Assembly: GCA_964019335.1 (NCBI GenBank)
Contig: OZ025719.1
Location: 427,450 to 491,449, forward strand
Length of the DNA stretch: 64,000 nt
Source of the DNA: Diplonema japonicum
Taxonomy: Eukaryota > Protista > Euglenozoa: Diplonemea
Direction of reading: 5' to 3'
Made by a program: the position numbers and the translations under genes. How positions within the stretch are numbered: the first letter of the stretch is position 1; each line of letters begins with the position of its first letter. The notes under the pieces were generated by a model that was given only the letters and a program-made list of their open reading frames with translations, did no database searches and was not told the origin of the DNA. Shown here one piece after another: positions 46,164 through 57,100 of this stretch.

Positions 46164-46745
46164 ATGGGACCCCTTGCACTGGTAGGTAGGGCGGGCATTG
46201 GCCTGTCTGGTCTTCTCACATTGGGGTGTGGCATCATCCACATTGTCATCATTGTCACGGACAGTGAGAGTTGGTGTCCTGGCTCCGCCTTCATCAACGG
46301 TCAGTACGACACCGACAAGATTCACTGCATCGGCGAGGCGCTTGCTTGGTCTTCTGCTGACAACGTCGATGCTGTGAACAGCACCTTGAACCAGGACTGG
46401 AGGACGAGGATGTTCTCCCTGCAGCCTTCGATTGTCGTTGATGTCTGGACTGCCACGGTGCTGGGCATATTCACTCTCGCTGGCTTCTTCACCAAGGGAC
46501 TTCGCATCAACACTGTCTGCCAGTCATGGCTTGCAGCCACTTTGTGGCTCATCGTGTGCATGTTGTGGGGCCAGTTCGCCTACGCAGGGAACTTCGGCAT
46601 CGTGTCGGGTTTCATCACTGCAGTGGTATGACCGTTTGAACAGTAACAAAATTAATATCAGGTCTGCTGCATCACCCTTGCTTGCCACTTCATTGAGCCC
46701 GATGAGGCACCCGCTAAGGACTTCAGTGGCTACGCCGGCTTTTAG
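46164..46745 (+). CDS. Uncharacterised 4-TM protein, paralog A (2 exons)
   Basis: Shares WC...C.G.AL.W...WR..MF...P...D.WT..VLG...W...WG.F.Y.GNFG with ORF 47439. Intron after TAV gives ...HFIEPDEAPAKDFSGYAGF*. Confidence 0.75.
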
Positions 46746-46884
46746 AGAGTATTGTGACATACATTGTTTTCTTTCCCTTTAGTGTGCTTCTCAATGAAGC
46801 TTTTTCGTGACCTCATGACCACAACGTGTCTTGTTTCTCTCATGATATTTCCTCGTGCATCTGCTTAGCTCCTGCAGGGATGAG

Positions 46885-47379
46885 ATGGGCAGTGGTGAAG
46901 TAGACGCGTGGCGCGACAGCATTGTCGTGCGTTCTGATGCGACAAGCACGATCGGTGAAGTGATGGAACAGAACACTGTAATCGGAATGTTTTATGGTGG
47001 CAGGTTGTGTGCTGCCTGCAGAGATGTGATGGGGAAGCTTGCTCAATGCTACAACCAATTAGCAGTGAAGAAGCACTTTTTATTAGAAATAATATTTGTC
47101 TCCAGTGACAAGGATGAAGACGACTACACAGAGTTCGTGCGCACGATGCCGTGGTACAGTGTACAATACAACGGCAGCGCGCGAACTACGCTACAGCAAG
47201 CATTCAATGTGTCGTTGATGCCGACTATTATTTTTCTCAATGCAGGCGGCGACGTTCTGACACGTGACGGACGTATCCTTATCCAGTCGGACTCTCACAT
47301 GTCCTTTGCGAACACCTGGCCTTTGCTGCTGAAGTTGGACGGTGAGGCACGAGAACAGGGAAGCTTCAAGGATAGCTGA
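46885..47379 (+). CDS. Nucleoredoxin/tryparedoxin-like thioredoxin (CAAC)
   Basis: FYGGRLCAACR, LEIIFVSSD, MPWY, FNVSLMPT, G.VLTRDGR. Confidence 0.85.
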   Translation: MGSGEVDAWRDSIVVRSDATSTIGEVMEQNTVIGMFYGGRLCAACRDVMGKLAQCYNQLAVKKHFLLEIIFVSSDKDEDDYTEFVRTMPWYSVQYNGSARTTLQQAFNVSLMPTIIFLNAGGDVLTRDGRILIQSDSHMSFANTWPLLLKLDGEAREQGSFKDS

Positions 47380-47438
47380 CACAGTATATGCACATACTTT
47401 CGTTGACAGCTTTATCTTATTTCAGGCTTTATACAAAT

Positions 47439-47988
47439 ATGTCGATTCTCAGCACTATATCGAAAGTGGGTATCTTCATAGCGGGTGCGATGACCCTCGT
47501 GTCTGGTGTCATGCACATCATCCTCACGCTGCATAATAACAACACTGAACAAGGCGACTGGTGCAATGACGACGCTGAAGGTGTGAAGTGCGTGGGGCCT
47601 GCCCTCGTGTGGCAGACTACATCGAACGACATGCTTGACGACAACAACAAAGCTGGATGGAGAGATCAGATGTTCACCTTTGAGCCCAATAAATTCATGG
47701 ATTTGTGGACCCCCACTGTCCTTGGCTTGATCACTTTGTTCGGCTATTTCACAAAGGACCTCGGGCTGAAGGCCATCACCAGGTCGTGGTTGTCTACATC
47801 TTTGTGGATCGCCTTTGTGATGTTGTGGGGTAACTTCGGCTACTCCGGGAACTTCGGTGTCGTCGCTGGGTTCATATCGAGTGTGGTATGCATTTTAATA
47901 GACTCACAATATATTACAGGTGGCACTTTTGTGCTTTGTGACCCACCTTGTTGAGCCTGAAGTGGAGACCTTCTACCACATCATGTGA
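47439..47988 (+). CDS. Uncharacterised 4-TM protein, paralog B (2 exons)
   Basis: Homologous to 46164. Intron 47886-47919 sits at the equivalent position; ends HLVEPEVETFYHIM*. Confidence 0.75.
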
Positions 47989-48269
47989 GCAACGTGTGCA
48001 ATTCAATACAGTGTTTAATTTTCCTTGTTCTGTGTTGTGTTTCGCTTGTACGGGTCGGCTGTATCTTCTGAATGGCAGCCAACCATGTTTGGTGCGGCTT
48101 GCTTGCAGCTATTGTGCCCCTTTTTTCTCAATGTCCTTTCCTTATTTTGCTTTTTCTGTTCTTGTTTTAGTACTGCTGATACCCGCGCGTTGCAAGCAAC
48201 TGTGATATTTTTCTTACGCTCACTTTATTCTGATCTGCGCCGCTTCATCAATCCACACAGCAAATCAAA

Positions 48270-49169
48270 ATGAAAGCTTTTAGCGCAGTTCTTCTGTTCG
48301 TTGCAGTTGCCCAGGCAGGTGACTTCAACCGCAGGTCCGGCTACATCCCCACCGATGTCGAGTACACTGTAAACACTGCCAGGCCGCACACCTACGCTGA
48401 CCCCCCCGCCAACTGGGACTGGAGAAACGCTAGCGTCGATGGCAGTGCCCCGATGAACTGGTGCACCAAGGCCATGAACCAGCATATCCCTCAGTACTGT
48501 GGGTCGTGCTGGGCCATCGGCTCTATCTCAGCTCTGTCTGACCGTATCAGGATTGCCAGAAAGGGTGCCTGGCCTGACGTCCTTCTTGCCGCACAGAATG
48601 CTGTGTACTGCCTTGCCCTTGGCTGTGACGGTGGTAACGCCGGTACTGTATACAGGCGCGCCTACACCCACGGGTTCCCTTCGGACACCTGCCAGAACTA
48701 CGTCGCGAAGGGTGACGGTCACCAGTGCACTGCTCTTCACACCTGTGAAACTTGCTCCCCCGGTCAGGGTTGCTCCGTCGTACAAAACTACACCACCTTC
48801 AAGGTCTCCGAGCACGGTGATCTTGGTGGTGAACAGGAGATGATGGCCGAGATCTACGCCCGCGGGCCTATTGCCTGTGCTATCGATGCCAACCCCATCG
48901 AACAGTGGGGACTTGACGTGTGGGGCACACCTGCTGCCAAGAGCGTCTTCGTCGACCCCAAGAAGGACCACCAGCAGGACCACGTGATCTCTGTTGTTGG
49001 TTACGGTGTCGAGCCCAGTGGCATGAAGTACTGGGTTGTGAGGAACTCCTGGGGTACCTACTGGGGTGACAACGGCTACTTCAAGCTCGAGAGGGGCACC
49101 AACCAGCTTGGTATTGAGGAGCACAACACCTGCAACTGGGCTGTCCCCATCATCCCCCCTGGTTACTGA
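48270..49169 (+). CDS. CTSZ: Cathepsin Z/X (papain family C1A)
   Basis: NQHIPQYCGSCWA with the HIP mini-loop diagnostic of cathepsin X; short propeptide; DHVISVVGYG; WVVRNSWG. Confidence 0.93.
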   Translation: MKAFSAVLLFVAVAQAGDFNRRSGYIPTDVEYTVNTARPHTYADPPANWDWRNASVDGSAPMNWCTKAMNQHIPQYCGSCWAIGSISALSDRIRIARKGAWPDVLLAAQNAVYCLALGCDGGNAGTVYRRAYTHGFPSDTCQNYVAKGDGHQCTALHTCETCSPGQGCSVVQNYTTFKVSEHGDLGGEQEMMAEIYARGPIACAIDANPIEQWGLDVWGTPAAKSVFVDPKKDHQQDHVISVVGYGVEPSGMKYWVVRNSWGTYWGDNGYFKLERGTNQLGIEEHNTCNWAVPIIPPGY

Positions 49170-49945
49170 GCCTGTGCAAAAAGACAAAGCACCGCATCGT
49201 ATTCGGTGGCTTAATACGTGTGAAATGTATCCCTCTCTCGCTACTTGCTCAAGTGGCACGTGTTCTTTCTTTTGTTTGCTCTTGTTCTCTTTTTTATAAG
49301 TCGACGTTTTTTTTTGCTATCCCTCATATCCCTTGCCCTTTATGAAGCGGCTTCACAAGGAAAGAAATTAAAATGATATCGTGTTTGTTAAACGAACGCC
49401 TTTCCCGATGAAGAGCAAATCCCTCATGACCATAAGAGGGAAGGCCGCGATAGGCCTTGCAAGGAGACTGATTTTTTTCACCTCACGAGACCCAAGACAG
49501 GCTGAAAGAGCTGAAGACCAGTCTGAAGACCGCATCAACCGTCTACGTAAGACGCGTAACCGGAACGAAAGCGAGGCTCCAAAAAAGGAGCATCAATAGA
49601 TAGACACCGCCCCCCCCCCTCCTAAGGATCCTCAAGTAGGAGGTTGCTCAAACATCACCTTTTCTGAGAACCGGAGCATCAGCTTTCCTGCCGAGCAAGG
49701 ACCCTCTTGCGTTGTACATATCTTCACTCATCTTTGAGTTGAACAGAAGGTACGGAGCAGAGTGTCGAAGACAAGTTCGAAGCTGGCGCCATGCCTGAAA
49801 GTGTTACTTTATGTTTGCACCATCACCCTATTGGTATTTTCCCGTGTTTAACAACCGGGATATCAACACTCCACTCTTCTTTTTTAGGCGATCTTGTCAC
49901 ATACTGCAGGTTCATGGATTCACAGGTTTATATTTCCTTCAGCAA

Positions 49946-50947
49946 ATGAAAATGTGGTCCGCTATTATCATTGCGCTTTGTGGTGTGTCGATAGTGGCTG
50001 CAGAGGTACCCTTCGCGAACCCTGTGTTCTACACAAACAAAGAATGTACCGTGGTGGACCCGAAGGCGGCACTGTGGAGCTATGCTGCAAAGGACAAGGT
50101 TGCGGTGAAGCCGTTCGCAAAGCCGGGGGTGTGGTTGAGCGGACACACGATCGACGAGTGCCTGACGGACAGCAGCGTGTCGTACTCTGTGATGCTGAAA
50201 ATCGATGACGCGGCTTGCCCCGCAAAGGGAGACGAAGCCTTGCAGCTGTCGTACTGGAAGAACTCAAAGACGTGCGAGGGGGCGGCGGTTGTAACACCAC
50301 TAAAAGCAGACGTGTGCGTGCCGACGTCCCTGGGGTTTGCGAAGTTTGCGCCTTCTCTTACTGCGGAGGAGCTATGCACTGTGACGAACTATTTCACTGC
50401 GATGAAAACGGGTGGTGTTCGGACGCGTGGCTGGACTGGGGGCAAATGCGCAGCTAAACTACCTCTTGTGACACGTCTGACGACCCTCGGTGTGAAGGAC
50501 TGTGGAGCGCAGCCTGAGTGCATCGGGTGCTGTCAAGCGTTCGACGATGAAACATGTAAACCCAACAGGGACCCAAGCTACCTGGAGACGCTGAGGGCGT
50601 GCAATAAGGTGGCGAACGGATGGGAAGGGGCCCTCGTCACAAACGGTTACAATGACGCAAAGTGCACTTCTCAGAATAACAAGGACCCCGCGTCGAGGCT
50701 CAAGCTGCGTATCGGAACCTGCTCGACAGTAAAGGCTAGTGGGAACGAACTCTCTGTGATAGTAGACTTCGTGGCACCCCTGACCATGGACCTCTACTGC
50801 CAGTACGTGCAGCTCAGCGCGAACAAAAGCATCAATGGCTACCTTACCTGGGAGGCATTCAACAAGCGCGTGAACGCAGCCCCTGCAGCCCACCCTGTCT
50901 CCGCCCTTGCACTTGCCACACTTCTTGTTGCCGTGGTGCTATTTTAG
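49946..50947 (+). CDS. Cys-rich secreted, probably GPI-anchored surface protein
   Basis: N-terminal signal peptide, many Cys, C-terminal NAAPAAHPVSALALATLLVAVVLF. Confidence 0.75.
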   Translation: MKMWSAIIIALCGVSIVAAEVPFANPVFYTNKECTVVDPKAALWSYAAKDKVAVKPFAKPGVWLSGHTIDECLTDSSVSYSVMLKIDDAACPAKGDEALQLSYWKNSKTCEGAAVVTPLKADVCVPTSLGFAKFAPSLTAEELCTVTNYFTAMKTGGVRTRGWTGGKCAAKLPLVTRLTTLGVKDCGAQPECIGCCQAFDDETCKPNRDPSYLETLRACNKVANGWEGALVTNGYNDAKCTSQNNKDPASRLKLRIGTCSTVKASGNELSVIVDFVAPLTMDLYCQYVQLSANKSINGYLTWEAFNKRVNAAPAAHPVSALALATLLVAVVLF

Positions 50948-51494
50948 ATTTAGTCAACCGGTGGTTTAGTATCCGGGACTTGGAAATGGTCAATTGTTTA
51001 CTACCACTGTTGTTGTTTCTTTACAGCACCTGCATTGAAGTACTGTCTTAGAATGCGTAATAAATTCTCTTCCCTTTCTCAACAAAAAAATACATACATA
51101 AAATCAATACAATTGAAAAAAAAAATAGAACACCAATCCGTTTACTATTACTGTCTCTTATGATGGGGACTCATTTCATTCACCCATATATATTTACGTT
51201 CTCAACAAACCCCCGTTTGGGTTTGCGCTGTTCCTCCCGCTTCCTACCCTTTCTTTTTTCAGGTTCCCTTCAAAGACACCTTTTTTTCTTTATGATATAT
51301 ATTTGCGATGCTACCAATGTATGCCACCGACCTCTGCCGAAATGACGAAACCCACGTGCATGAATTAGCGTTTGTCACGTGAGCCCTCACAGGAGTTCGT
51401 TGCTGTGTTCTCCCATTTTGGCTTGGGGGGGGGGGGGGGGGTTAAACAACGTAAAACTTCAACCTTAAACAGATACACATTGAAGAAGAAGAAC

Positions 51495-51745
51495 ATGAAG
51501 CTGCTTTTTCGCTATGGGCGCCGGTGTGGCAAGCAATGGTGAACCAGACACGCATGACCGGAGGAAAGGTCGAAGAACGTGGAGCGGGACCATGCTTGGG
51601 CATCTGAGATAGGGACCCGCTGCACAACGAGCCATGCAAGGAACGGGAAGGGGATTGCAACACCGATGCTGAGTGCAAGGCCGGGCTGACTAACGGCCAG
51701 CAGGTGTAGACGTTTCATGACATAGCAGACTGCTGCGAGGGATCC
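51495..51745 (+). pseudogene. Degraded Cys-rich secreted-protein gene relic
   Basis: EPCKEREGDCNTDAECKAGL...DCCE, a PC..xEGDC..D.EC..GL-type repeat, interrupted by stops and frameshifts. Confidence 0.45.
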
Positions 51746-51961
51746 GGTCCCACCTGTATTATTGCCACGAGAAACTTGAAACACCTGAGTGGACTCCACA
51801 GTGTTGGCGCACACCCCGCTCCTCTCGTCTTACGATGAGATAAAGCTAGGCCCAACTGTGCGGAAAGGAATGTTCAGCTTTTATTCTTTTATGTGTTATA
51901 TGACGTGTTTATGTATTATTTGCTCATCGATTTCTATGTATACCATGATACCAGAGTTTCA

Positions 51962-52954
51962 ATGAGATCGAATGCATTTCTATGTTTGATTGCATGCGCC
52001 AGTGGCTGCACCCCTATGTATGACCCAGGGACCCACTTCATCACTGCGCATGACGACGGGACGCTGGGCAATGACAGGCAGTTTCTGTTGATCGTACCAT
52101 CAGGCCTCTCTGTCGGCGTTCGTGTGCCTGCTGTTCTTGGGATTCACGGCTACAGCAGCAACCCATACTACTGGGGCACTTTGGTGTCTTTCGAGCAGAA
52201 TGTGCAACGCTATGGATGGTTGGGTGTGCTTCCATTCGGCACTGCGAAAGTAAACACCACTGTTTCTGACAACAGATGTTGCCCCGCTGGAGTTTCTGCA
52301 CAGGACTGCTACAAAGCTCTCGACAAGAGCAACCCTTGCAGCTTCAATGCGGGCGGCTGCTGTGCGGATGCTTCTGCAACGCAGGTGAAGGATGTTGCCT
52401 TTGCGCGCTACATTGCTAAGTGGCTTGTGGCTAATGTCTGCGCAGACGAGGGGAGCTTATTCGTTACAGGGTTCAGCAATGGTGGAATGATGGCTAACAG
52501 AATCGGGTGCGAGGCCTCTGACGTCTTCGCTGCTGTAGCACCTGTCGCTGGTGCAGTTGTACCATCTGCCGAATTCCCCTCCTGCCGACCTACTCATAAA
52601 ATATCCTGGATTTCTTACTGTGGTTCTCAAGACGATGTGTGTGACATGGGCGATGGCTTTCAGCGAACTGCGGGGATCTTTGGTCAAGCCAACCAATGCG
52701 TGAGCACAGAGGTGAACACCTACACGACTGCTACAACCACATGCAGCAGATACGCATGCTCCGGTGTAACAGTAGAGTGGTGCACTGTGCACGGTTTAAC
52801 GCACGAGTGGTCGGGCCATGAAAGGCCTGACACTCCACTGCCGCAGCCTGCAACTAATCCTGATTGTACCAGATACATTTTTGATAAGTTCTCGCTTTCT
52901 ATTGGAGCTAGGTCCCCTCAAAACAAGCTGAAAGCTAAGCTGCCCAACGCGTGA
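51962..52954 (+). CDS. Secreted LpqC/PHB-depolymerase/feruloyl-esterase-like alpha/beta hydrolase
   Basis: IHGY, FNAGGCC, DVAF, VTGFSNGGMMA (GxSxG), FAAVAPVAG, D and HEW catalytic positions. Confidence 0.85.
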   Translation: MRSNAFLCLIACASGCTPMYDPGTHFITAHDDGTLGNDRQFLLIVPSGLSVGVRVPAVLGIHGYSSNPYYWGTLVSFEQNVQRYGWLGVLPFGTAKVNTTVSDNRCCPAGVSAQDCYKALDKSNPCSFNAGGCCADASATQVKDVAFARYIAKWLVANVCADEGSLFVTGFSNGGMMANRIGCEASDVFAAVAPVAGAVVPSAEFPSCRPTHKISWISYCGSQDDVCDMGDGFQRTAGIFGQANQCVSTEVNTYTTATTTCSRYACSGVTVEWCTVHGLTHEWSGHERPDTPLPQPATNPDCTRYIFDKFSLSIGARSPQNKLKAKLPNA

Positions 52955-53034
52955 TGTTTCACCATTTTTTGTTTTTTATCCCTCACGTCTTTAATTTCAC
53001 ATTAGCTGTGGACAAATAAAACCACTGCAGGCCA

Positions 53035-53715
53035 ATGGCACTAGCAACCGATGAAGATCTAAAGAACTGCGACTATAGCAGAGATGTGTATTTGGAAGAC
53101 GAAATGGAGCTGAAGAAGGCCTTCGCACCCGACACGTTCACAGCGAACTTTGCCAGAACGTATGAGAACGGGAAGCTGAAGTTCAGCAATGGAGATTTGG
53201 AAGTTGGCTGCGAGGCACCAGATGTGGATGTATGGTGTGTGAAAAGTGATTACAAGAAGCAAGTGCGGCTGCTTGAGCCACTTTCTGGGGGGAAGCAGTT
53301 TATGATCCTCGACTTTGGTTCGTTCAGCTGACGACCCTGGAGGGAGAAGCTTTCTCAAATGGCGAAGATCGCCGAGAACTTCTCTCAGTACGTGGTGCAC
53401 CACAAGGTGTACGTTTCGGAGGCACACCCTGTCGACGGCTGGGCGATGTACGCAGACATTGACTATAAGCAGCCCAAGACACTCGATGAGCGCCTGGCGC
53501 TGGCATGCAATGTGAAGAAGCTATTGGCTGACGACGACCTTGTCGTCGATAATATGGACAACGAGGCGGAGATGAAGTACTCTGCACACCCCGAGCGTCT
53601 GTACGTGATCGATCAAAACAGGAAGATCGTATACAAAAGTGGCATGGGACCTGAAGGCTACAAACCGAAAGAGCTCGCTTCCTGGTTATGGGAGTACTGT
53701 TTTATTGAGAATTAA
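53035..53715 (+). CDS. Iodothyronine deiodinase-like selenoprotein (UGA=Sec at 53329-53331)
   Basis: ORFs 53035 and 53359 are in the same frame, separated by one TGA. Read-through gives LDFGSFS-U-RPW...VYVSEAHPVDGW...ER..LA...VVDNMDN..E..Y.AHPERLYVI...IVYK.G.GP.GY, the deiodinase consensus. Confidence 0.92.
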
Positions 53716-54039
53716 TCGAGACAAGGTTTCTGATGTTTTTTTCTTTTTTCTTTTTTTCCATATTTTCGTTTCATTTGTCGGATCGTTTCGGAAATCTTTT
53801 TCTTTATCCCTGTAGCATTACATTCCAGTACTCTAACAAGAGTTTTCACTTGTGTTCTACAGGTGGCGGTATTTACCGTCACAGCAGTTTTTCCATCGAC
53901 AATTTTATCCGTTTGTTTTGCTTACTTGCTCCTGCTGTATGATTAACAGCAGGAAGTCCTCCAGGATAGGACCCCTGGAGCACTGAGCTTTGATACCCTT
54001 CTGACTTATATTAACTACGGTTGGAAGCGGCTGTCTTTC

Positions 54040-54112
54040 TAGTTAGGTTTATGTGACGCACACAGCTAATACCGCCTTGATGTGGTGAGCAGCGTGCTGA
54101 TTTCCTGTGCTA
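54040..54112 (+). promoter_or_regulatory. Eukaryotic type II SECIS element in the 3' UTR of the deiodinase-like gene
   Basis: GTGAC core (54053); helix GCACACAGCT/AGCAGCGTGC with 8 of 10 pairs; unpaired AA (54068-69); apical minihelix TACCGC/GTGGTG; TGAT (54098-54101); lower helix TAGG/CCTG. Confidence 0.82.
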
Positions 54113-54188
54113 TGATGGCTGCTGTTACCTTTGTTAGTTATATACTATTTTTGAATAACGTGTGGCAGTCTACTTATCACCACAGGTC

Positions 54189-57100
54189 ATGGAGTGTGCA
54201 TTGTGTTTCGAGTGCTACGCTGTTTCGGGTGAGACGTGTCCTTATTCCCTGCCATGTGGTCACACTTACTGTTACACTTGTTTGACGAAGTTGCATCCGC
54301 TTAAGTGCCCACAGCGATGTGCTTCTGCAGGCTTGGAACTGTCGAAGCTGACGAAGAACTTTGGGCTGATCGAACACATGGAGAGCGTGATGAGGCAGCC
54401 CGTGCACGTTGACCCCCATGCCAAAATGGTGATGGATCGAATGAAAGTGCAGATCTATCAATTGCCATATTCATCTGTTGTCAAGATTAAACCAGCATGG
54501 GGCAGCACGCGCCCACGTTCGCTTCCTTTACCTGTTATTGTGTTAGACCGCAGCCCGAGCATGGGTGGTGCACTGAGGTGGATCATCAACGTGGCGGTTC
54601 CAGAAGCTCTCGAGCAATTAGGCTACGCTTCCAGCAATAGCGTGAAGCTCATCACGTTCGACTCGACAACTGAGGTCGTGCAGGTTCGTGGCCGTGATCC
54701 TACGATTCAGAATTTGCGTAACATTCCGGTATCTGGTCGGGGCACCCGCACCATGATGGCACCTGCCGTTGCGGAGCTGGGGCGCACCCTGTCACAGGGT
54801 GGTGCCTACAACGTAATTGTGGTGAGCGATGGCTTCGTTGACGACATGGATGACACGAAGAGAAATGCAGTAGCCGCCGCAACACGCGTCCCAGCTGACT
54901 CCAGAATTGCCTTCGCTATGATCCGCTTCTTCAATGGACACCCTCCTGACACTGTTGCCTTGTCTATGTGTGGCGCTCTTGGTACTACAGGACCAGCGCC
55001 TGTTGTTGATTGCGAGCCGCCAGCACAATGGGAATGCACGGTGTGCACTTTTTTAAACCCTACCATTGCTAAGAAGTGTGAGATATGTGAAACGCCATCG
55101 GGCGGTGCTGCTGGTATCGGCAAGGACGATGGGCCATTGCACACTTTCATCAAAGTTTTTTCAGATGCGTTTGCCACTCAGATGCTCGATCACGTCAAGG
55201 TGAGAGGCAGAGTCAGCCGTCTTCCACTCTCTTCCTGTGCCCTGACAACTATTGAAGTACCAGTTGGTGTCGAGAGCTTCCTTCAGCTTGATTCCAACGA
55301 ACTTGTTGTTGATGGCGAACAGTGTGAATTTCAGTTGTGCTCGGAAGGTGAGGCAGGCCTTGGGTTATCAGGACAGCTAGAGGGCGAGCTCGATCCGTAC
55401 TTCTACGCTGTGTTAGCGCAGCTGCGTCTCTGGTTGTTGGCGGGGACTAGAAGTGGGGAATTCCATGAGATAGTCGACTTGTGCCGCAGCGTGCTCAACA
55501 CTCGCAGCGACCAAGCAGCAGGTGGTGTGGGGCTGTTGCAGCGTGCTTGGGTGTTGAGGAAGAATGTTGAGAGAACTGAATCCACTTTGTCCCGCATTAC
55601 AGCTTTGGCCTCATCAGAGCAATTTGTACAGGAGCTGGGGAGCAAACAGCAGGGCGATTTCCTGCGCAATTCGTCGGTCGCCAAGTCTGACCGCCTCTTA
55701 GCAAGGAGGGCATTGGGGCCTGATATTATTTACCACGACAGCTGCAGGGCGTGCTTGGAATCTGTCAGCATCCCTGCTGCAAGGTCTGATACTTTGAAGT
55801 CCTGCTACGGTGGATCCACTTATGTAGATGTTATGCGCGCTGCAAAGTGCTTAGCGGGTGCTGCTGCTGACTTATCCGCTGCGGACATCTTGCAGGTGGT
55901 AGGTGGGTTTGGTGTTCCTTACCATGCTGTAGTAGGCAATCCAGAAGATGCGTGGACTATGACAGTATGTGCCCTTGACCCTATGCAGCACTTGTCTGAG
56001 AGTGACATCTGGGCCGCGAAGACACGCCGCAGTGACATCCAACTGCACACTGGCATTCAGGCTACAGGGGTTATTCCGCTCCCTGTTTGTGATCCTGTGG
56101 CTCACATGCAGTACATGACTTCCTTGCGCCCAGTTGTGCTGTTACAGTTGGGGTCGCAGCTTAATGCACAACTTCCGGTTAAACCTTGGGGGTGGGCTAA
56201 CTTGTTCTCTAACCCTGCTGGTGGGCCTCCTGACCACAGCCATGCTCTGCGTGATGGCATTCTTGCACGCGCAGCAGCGTGCTTGACATATGCGATCGAG
56301 ACTTACTTCGGCAGCCGTTGTGCAAGCTCTGCCGAGACGGCGCTCACCGAGCAGCTGGTGAAAGAGGTGGAAGAGCAAGGTTGCAACGAGCTGCCGAATT
56401 CGTGCCCCATCTTCCTCTCTCTCGTTCGGGAGCTTTCCATTGGTGACCCAGCTAGAGCAGCTAGCCTTCTCCAAGACTCCCTTTCCCATCAGACCATACT
56501 CAAGCTTGTTGCGGCTATTGTAACAGCAAGGGCAAGGGGTGCGAGAACGCAGAGTTGCAGCTTGCTGAGGGCTTTGCACGAGTGTTGTGTAGTGTTGGCA
56601 TTTAAGAAGCTAGGACCACTCAGCAAGACGCAACGTAGGAACATGATCTTAGATCTGTGCTGTTCGAATTATGAGGAAAAGACCACACCTATTATTCCAG
56701 AAGCGGTCGCCGAGGCACTTAAGCGACACAAAAACTGCATCGAGGGAGATCATGACTTGTTTGGTGAAGAGCATGCACACATTGTTCGTTGCTATGATGA
56801 AGTGCGCCCACCGTTGGACATGAGTATGAAGCTCGGAGAACTGCAGTGGACAACGAGTAAGCTGTCGGTTGGTTTGTTTAAAGTCCTCTCTGTCCCGGCA
56901 GGCTCGCTTGCAGTGGAAGCCCGTGGCAATGATGCTTCGGAAGTGTTCACAGGTGAGAAGAACAACCCTGGGGTAGCCTACGTCCTCGCCAGCATCGCCG
57001 TCAATGCCATCGAGGGAGGGAAGTTAATTAGCGGTGCTGTGGACAATGTGGACTTCGCAAAGACTTATCTTAAAAGGAAAGTTGCTGCATGCTTCAGGGA

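Noticed and set aside
49381-49599. Short basic ORF between cathepsin Z and the surface protein
   Set aside because: No motif, intron or clear acceptor support.
53329-53331. TGA as a pseudogene lesion or variant genetic code
   Set aside because: It falls exactly on the catalytic Sec position with a SECIS downstream; other genes here use TGA as stop and TGG for Trp.
53939-53997. Alternative SECIS candidate ATGA...AA...TGAT
   Set aside because: Helix above the core pairs poorly; the 54053 candidate fits much better.
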